Shown here piece after piece: positions 58,649 through 64,000 of a stretch of 64,000 bases of DNA (position 1 is its first letter; every line of letters begins with the position of its first letter). A program made the translations under genes and the position numbers. The stretch comes from a virus (lineage: Duplodnaviria > Caudoviricetes), in the IMG/VR virus record IMGVR_UViG_2832928787_000001, positions 24,759-88,758 of that record; one strand, written 5' to 3'. The notes below the pieces were generated by a model. It searched no databases. It had not been told where the DNA came from and saw nothing but the letters and a program-made list of their open reading frames with translations.

Positions 58649-58898
58649 GAAAGCACCGAGAGGGTATAGCGTAAAGTCGGCACCAATTGGTGCCTGAAAA
58701 TTTTAAAATGTCATTTGTCGTTAAATGCACAGTGACAAGACACTTAAAACGGACAAACCCTGTATTCACAAGGTAGGCCGATAATTTCATGCATCGTATA
58801 AAACCCAGAAAAACGACATGCTGAACCAAACATTACACCAATCAGGTCGTGTGTGAAATGGCTGCTTACTGCCGACAGCAGCCATCACACACCCATAA

Positions 58899-58931
58899 TT
58901 GACATTTGCATAACCACTCTATCACAACAAA
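58899..58931. promoter_or_regulatory. Conserved 33-bp promoter-like motif bordering cassette locus 3
   Basis: TTGACATTTGCATAACCACTCTATCACAACAAA. Confidence 0.6.
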
Positions 58932-59053
58932 CTCCCAGCTTTCTACCCCAAACCCGCCTCCGATGGCGGGTTCGTCGTTTTCGACACCCCGCTGACACCC
59001 GACACGCTCCCGGCGTGCGGCTGGGTGCCGGCTGAACATATGGAGGTCATTGC

Positions 59054-60877
59054 ATGATCCGCGATCAATTCCTGCTCGGCATGGACAACGAAATCATCGT
59101 CGACCTGTTTGCCGGTGGCGGCGGCATGTCCACCGCAATCGAGCAGGCCCTCGGCCGGCACGTCGGCATCGCCATCAACCACGACATGGACGCCATCAGC
59201 ATGCACATGGCGAACCATCCGCAGACTGAGCACTATTGCGCCGACGTTTTCGAGGTCGATCCGCGTGAGGCCGTCAAAGGTCGCGCTGTCGGCCATCTGC
59301 ATGGCAGCCCGGACTGCACGCACCACAGTCAGGCCGCTGGCGGACAGCCTCGCAGCAAGAAAATCCGTGGGCTCGGCTGGGTGCTGCCCCGCTGGGCCGG
59401 CCAGGTCTCGCCGCGCAGCATCAGCATGGAGAACGTCAAACAGATGCAGCAGTGGGGCCCGCTGATCGCCAAGCGTGACAAGGCCTCCGGTCGCGTGCTG
59501 CGACTGGACGGAACCGTGGCGGGGCCGGGCGAGCATGTGCCGGTGCAGGACCAATACCTGATCCCCGACCCACGGCATGCCGGCCGCACCTGGCGCCGGT
59601 TCATCCGCACGTTCGAGCAGATGGGTTACACGGTCGAATGGCGCATTCTGGTCGCGGCTGACTACGGCGCCGCCACGACCCGGGAGCGGCTGTTCCTGTT
59701 CGCCCGCCGCGACGGCAGGCCCATCGTCTGGCCGGAGCCCACGCACCACAGGAACCCGACACGCCGGCAAAAAGCCTGGCGGCCGGCGGCGGATCACATC
59801 GACTGGTCGGTCCCGTGCCCGAGTATTTTCGAGCGCAAGCGCCCGCTGGCCGATGCCACGATGCGCCGTATCGCCAAGGGGATGAAAAAGTTCGTACTGG
59901 ACAGTGCCGACCCGTTCATCGTGCCGATCGCAAACTGGTCCGGTGAGAGCGTGCAGTCCGCCGCCGAGCCGCTGCGGACTATCACGGCATACCCGAAGGG
60001 CGGCTCGTTCGCTGCAGTCTCCCCGTCACTGGTTCCTCTGACACATCAGGGCGGGGACCGCGTCTATGACCCACAGGAACCGATCCGGACAATAACGGCG
60101 GCCAACCGTGGCGAGATCGCGTTGACAACAGCAACGCTTGTCACGATGGGGCATGGCGATGGATCGGGAAAAACGGCCCGGCGCGGTACCGGCACACGGC
60201 CAGTCACCACACCCGTCAATACGATCACGGCAAGTGGCGGCGGTGTTGGGCTGTCCACCGCCTACCTGATGCAGGCGAACGGCGGGTTCAACACCACGCC
60301 CGGGCATGACCTGCGCGAGCCGGCATCGACCATCACCAACACCGGCAGCCAGCAGCAGTTGATTACGGCCAATCTGGTCACGCTGCGGCGCAACTGCACC
60401 GGGCGCGACACCAACGAACCACTACCGACGCTCACTGCCGGCGCTGAGCATCACGGCATAGTGCAGTACACCCTGTGCCAGGAACACGAAGCCGGCGCCC
60501 TGCGCTGCGCCGCATTCTTGGTCAGCTACTACGGCACCGATAACATGCGCGGCCTGGACGAGCCGCTGGCCACCATCACCACTCGCGATCGTCTGGCACT
60601 GGTCACGGTCTGGATTCAAGGCGAACCGTGGGTAGTAGTCGACATCGGCCTGCGCATGCTGACGCCGCCCGAGCTGTATGGCTGCCAGGGGTTTCCGGCC
60701 GGCTACATCATCGACCACGGGCACGACGGGCGGACATTCACCAAATCGGCCCAGGTGCGGATGGTCGGCAACAGCGTCAGCCCGCCGCCGGCAACCGCAC
60801 TGTTGCGTGCCAACTGCACGGACCTGATGGCCTGGAGCCGTACGGAGCTGCGCGAGAGAGAAAGGATTGCGGCATGA
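59054..60877 (+). CDS. DNA cytosine (C5) methyltransferase
   Basis: FAGGGG, SPDC, ENV, RERLF, VGNSV. Confidence 0.93.
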   Translation: MIRDQFLLGMDNEIIVDLFAGGGGMSTAIEQALGRHVGIAINHDMDAISMHMANHPQTEHYCADVFEVDPREAVKGRAVGHLHGSPDCTHHSQAAGGQPRSKKIRGLGWVLPRWAGQVSPRSISMENVKQMQQWGPLIAKRDKASGRVLRLDGTVAGPGEHVPVQDQYLIPDPRHAGRTWRRFIRTFEQMGYTVEWRILVAADYGAATTRERLFLFARRDGRPIVWPEPTHHRNPTRRQKAWRPAADHIDWSVPCPSIFERKRPLADATMRRIAKGMKKFVLDSADPFIVPIANWSGESVQSAAEPLRTITAYPKGGSFAAVSPSLVPLTHQGGDRVYDPQEPIRTITAANRGEIALTTATLVTMGHGDGSGKTARRGTGTRPVTTPVNTITASGGGVGLSTAYLMQANGGFNTTPGHDLREPASTITNTGSQQQLITANLVTLRRNCTGRDTNEPLPTLTAGAEHHGIVQYTLCQEHEAGALRCAAFLVSYYGTDNMRGLDEPLATITTRDRLALVTVWIQGEPWVVVDIGLRMLTPPELYGCQGFPAGYIIDHGHDGRTFTKSAQVRMVGNSVSPPPATALLRANCTDLMAWSRTELRERERIAA

Positions 60878-61098
60878 ACACCTACCACGGCTACGGCCAG
60901 GACCATCACATCACCGAACGGAGCGGGGCCGATGTCTGGAAGCAATCGAATCCCAGTACGCCTCTGGCGGCTGATCCGCACGCTGGCGCTCTGGCAGGCG
61001 CGGATACACCGCCGGCTGGTGGTGATACCGGCGATCAGGGCGAGGAATAGCCATGACCCGCGATGAACACACAACGAACCGCCCCACCCCGGGCGGTT

Positions 61099-61797
61099 CT
61101 GCATTTCAGGAGACAGTACATGGCCATCAGTGAAACCGAGGCCCAGGCCCGCAAGCTGTTCGCGCGGGACATCGCAACCCATCGCATGCAGATCATCCGC
61201 GACGACGGCGCCTACCGGCATATCCATTTCCGCCGACAGGACGGCTGCTCCAGTGACTGGTTCGATCTGGTGACTTGGCCGGGTGTGCTGTGCATCAACG
61301 GCGATCACGGCACGTTCGTGTTCGCCCGCCTGACGGACATGTTCGAGTTTTTCAGGACGGATCGTCGCGATGACTCCGGCGGACCGTATATCAACCTCGG
61401 TTACTGGTCCGAAAAGCTGCTGGCCAGCGATGGGCAAGGCGGCCGGTGCGGCCGATCGGGGGACAGCGTCGAGGGATGGAGTTTCGAGATCTTCGCCGCG
61501 CGCATCAATGAGCGCGTCGACGAGTACATCGAATCCCATGAGCTCGACGAGGAACAGCAAGCCGATCTCCGCGAGCAGGTGCAAGACGAAATCCTTGATG
61601 TGGCCGAGAGCTGCGGCGAGGAATGCGCGATGAACGAGGTTCATCGGTTCGTATTCAACGGCAACAGCAAGGTCTTCCCCGACTTCTGGGAGACCTGCTG
61701 CCGCGAGTACACCCATCACTTCATCTGGTGCTGCCTGGCAATCGCGTGGGGCATCCAGCAGTACGACGAATCGAAGAAAGGCGGCAGCCATGGCTGA
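61099..61797 (+). CDS. Conserved phage hypothetical protein
   Basis: AGGAG RBS; FDLVTWPG.L.I.GD.GT.VF.R...INLGYWSEKL. Confidence 0.75.
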   Translation: MHFRRQYMAISETEAQARKLFARDIATHRMQIIRDDGAYRHIHFRRQDGCSSDWFDLVTWPGVLCINGDHGTFVFARLTDMFEFFRTDRRDDSGGPYINLGYWSEKLLASDGQGGRCGRSGDSVEGWSFEIFAARINERVDEYIESHELDEEQQADLREQVQDEILDVAESCGEECAMNEVHRFVFNGNSKVFPDFWETCCREYTHHFIWCCLAIAWGIQQYDESKKGGSHG

Positions 61798-62407
61798 CTA
61801 TCTGACCCGTGTGGCCGAGGCGGTGCGCGATGCGTGCGCTGCCGAGGCATTTATGGAAACCACGCTGGCGGTCGAGTACGTGAGCGTCGCTTGCCCCGGC
61901 GAGATTATCTCTAACATGATCCTCAATAATATTGACCTGCCGGCGGTCATCGCCAGCGTGCCGAGGCCGGAGCCGGTGGCGTGGATTATTGACTGGCCCG
62001 ACGAGCCTGAGCTTGGCCACCACCTGGCGGAAAATCCGAGCCGGTACGGGCGCAGCAGGGGGCTCTACGCCGAGCCGGTGGCCGCTCAGGTCGCCGTTCC
62101 GGAGCAGTGGCAGGCCGTCGCGCGGGAATGCGTTTCGCACATCAATGATGGGCGCACTCAGCCGGCCTTATCCAGAAGCCTGCGAAAGCTGAGCGCCATG
62201 CTCGCCGCCGCGCCCGAGGCGCCGCAGCCGGCCGGCGATGTCGCCACGCTGCACGAGCAGAACGCGGCGCTGGTGGCGGCATTGCAGGCATTCGTATCAT
62301 TTGCCGACGGGCGCCGTGCAGAACTCGGCGAACTGTCTCCGGAGAGGAGCGATGTCGTGGCATCGGCCCTAGCCGCCCTCGCCAGCGCGAAAGGCGGTGC
62401 CGAATGA
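61790..62407 (+). CDS. Modular Eaa-like early protein
   Basis: Linkers shared with 20573-21340. Confidence 0.7.
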   Translation: MADYLTRVAEAVRDACAAEAFMETTLAVEYVSVACPGEIISNMILNNIDLPAVIASVPRPEPVAWIIDWPDEPELGHHLAENPSRYGRSRGLYAEPVAAQVAVPEQWQAVARECVSHINDGRTQPALSRSLRKLSAMLAAAPEAPQPAGDVATLHEQNAALVAALQAFVSFADGRRAELGELSPERSDVVASALAALASAKGGAE

Positions 62408-62592
62408 CTGACCACACCTACGCCGGCTACACGGCTGAGCAGATCAGGGCGGCGGCTGAGTCTGGGCTGTGGAGCCAATTCATCAACGTGGCTAGGCCGG
62501 AGACCGTGCTCGCCCTGCTCGACCGCATCGCCGTACTGGAGGCGGATATGCCCGCCGCCCGGGACCAGCAAAAAAATCCGGCAGCACCGTGA
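62404..62592 (+). CDS. Ead/Ea22-like small protein
   Basis: ARPETVLALLDRIAVLE motif. Confidence 0.6.
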   Translation: MTDHTYAGYTAEQIRAAAESGLWSQFINVARPETVLALLDRIAVLEADMPAARDQQKNPAAP

Positions 62593-62693
62593 GAGGGATC
62601 GGCGCCGCCGGGTTTGAGATTCAACGATAGAAAACAGCACGCAAGAACTCACGTCCGCCCTGATGGGCGGCTTTGCTTTTATGGAGGCAGCAA

Positions 62694-63038
62694 ATGGCCA
62701 CGCTCGATCTGATGGAGGAAACGCTCCCCCTCAACGCAGCGGCTCGATTCCTGCAGGTCAGCGAGCGAAAGCTCCGCTACCTGGTCGCCGGCAACAAGAT
62801 CCCGTCGTCGAAACCCGGGAAGACCCGGGTCTTCCGTCGCTCGGCGCTTGTCGCCTACCTCGTCTCGCTCGAAAATGCAGGCGCGCACAATCCGGGCGCG
62901 CGAAAGGATGGAACATGGGTATCCGATTGCGCGGCTCAACATGGTGGGCCGATTACACGACGCCGAGTGGCAAGAGAGTTAGACGATCTCTTGAAACCAG
63001 CGACAAAAAATCCGCCCAGGAACTGTACGACCAACTGA
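62694..63038 (+). CDS. xis: Excisionase-like HTH protein
   Basis: AAARFLQVSERKLRYLV..NKIP..K; overlaps int. Confidence 0.75.
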   Translation: MATLDLMEETLPLNAAARFLQVSERKLRYLVAGNKIPSSKPGKTRVFRRSALVAYLVSLENAGAHNPGARKDGTWVSDCAAQHGGPITRRRVARELDDLLKPATKNPPRNCTTN

Positions 63039-64000
63039 AGGCGGGAGCATGGAGACAGGAACGGCTGGGCGACAAGCCCGACAAGACGTTTGATGAGGCG
63101 GCGCTGCGCTGGCTCAGAGAGAAGTCTGGCAAAAAGAGCCTGGACGACGACAAGTCGAAGATCAGGTACTTCCTGACCTATTTCGGTGGCCGGTCGTTGG
63201 CCGGCATCACAGCAGACGAGATCAAGGCGGCCGTGAGCGAACTGATTCATCGTCGCGGGAAAGGGAAAGGAGCGTCGCGGATCACTGGCCAGCCGGTGAC
63301 CGACTCGACCCGGAACCACTACCTGACGTGGATGCGATCGCTGATGCGCCGAGCGCAGGATGAATGGGGATGGCTGGACAAGGCCCCCGCCCTGGCCAAG
63401 GCCAAGACGCCGAATCGCCGGATTCGCTGGTTGACCAAGGAAGAGGCCGCCCGGTTGATCGAATGCGCGCCGCCGCACCTGGCTGCGATCATTCGGTTCG
63501 CTCTGGCCACCGGCCTGCGCCGCTCCAACATCATCAATCTGGAGTGGTCACAGGTCGACCTGCAGCGGCGGGTCGCGTGGATCCACCCGGATCAGGCCAA
63601 GGCCGGCCGGGCGATTGGCGTCGCGCTGAACGACTCGGCCTGCGCGGTCATTTCCGAACAGCTCGGCCGACACCGGCGGTTCGTGTTCACCTATGAGGGG
63701 CGGTTGATGCGACTGGATGCAAACACCGCCTGGCGCGCGAGCCTGCGCCGGGCTGGGATCACGGATTTCCGGTTCCACGACCTGCGGCATACCTGGGCCA
63801 GCTGGCTGGTTCAGGCCGGCGTGCCATTGTCGGCGCTACAGGAAATGGGGGGCTGGGAGAGCATCGAAATGGTCCGCCGTTACGCACACCTGGCGCCCGC
63901 TCACCTGGGCGAGCATGCCAAACGGCTGGATTCTATTTTGGGAGGGTTTGGCACAAATCCGGCACAAACGAAAAAGGGGTCAGACGTTGAGACCGTCTAA
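62915..64000 (+). CDS. int: Tyrosine integrase, intact
   Basis: TGLRRSN, FHDLRHTWASW, GGW, RYAH. Confidence 0.95.
   Translation: MGIRLRGSTWWADYTTPSGKRVRRSLETSDKKSAQELYDQLKAGAWRQERLGDKPDKTFDEAALRWLREKSGKKSLDDDKSKIRYFLTYFGGRSLAGITADEIKAAVSELIHRRGKGKGASRITGQPVTDSTRNHYLTWMRSLMRRAQDEWGWLDKAPALAKAKTPNRRIRWLTKEEAARLIECAPPHLAAIIRFALATGLRRSNIINLEWSQVDLQRRVAWIHPDQAKAGRAIGVALNDSACAVISEQLGRHRRFVFTYEGRLMRLDANTAWRASLRRAGITDFRFHDLRHTWASWLVQAGVPLSALQEMGGWESIEMVRRYAHLAPAHLGEHAKRLDSILGGFGTNPAQTKKGSDVETV

Overview
The window holds two temperate prophages in tandem in a GC-rich, probably betaproteobacterial genome (host inferred, not shown). They are joined at a 47-bp 3' fragment of tRNA-Thr(UGU) at 23251-23297, which acts as the att core. 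Prophage 1 (<1-23297) carries lambda-type terminase genes, Q, a helicase, cro/cI, an accessory-rich early region, a StbA/TraL-like module, a C5 methyltransferase and an integrase broken by an in-frame TGA. Prophage 2 (23251->64000) is a nearly complete contractile-tailed phage with lysis, tail, head, replication, immunity, recombination and methyltransferase genes plus xis/int. Its capsid and baseplate J genes each carry a 1-nt homopolymer frameshift. The most striking observation is that both prophages carry integron-type gene cassettes with canonical attC sites at three loci, although the window has no integron integrase. All three loci are antisense to the early operon and sit next to the same conserved 33-bp promoter-like motif. 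Their cargo looks like anti-phage effectors (TIR-like+TM, exonuclease-like+TM, HEPN, 2TM). Separately, a multi-hairpin element of about 140-170 bp is triplicated downstream of the prophage 1 early promoter and brackets unrelated accessory genes. All product calls come from motifs recognised by eye; no database search was run.
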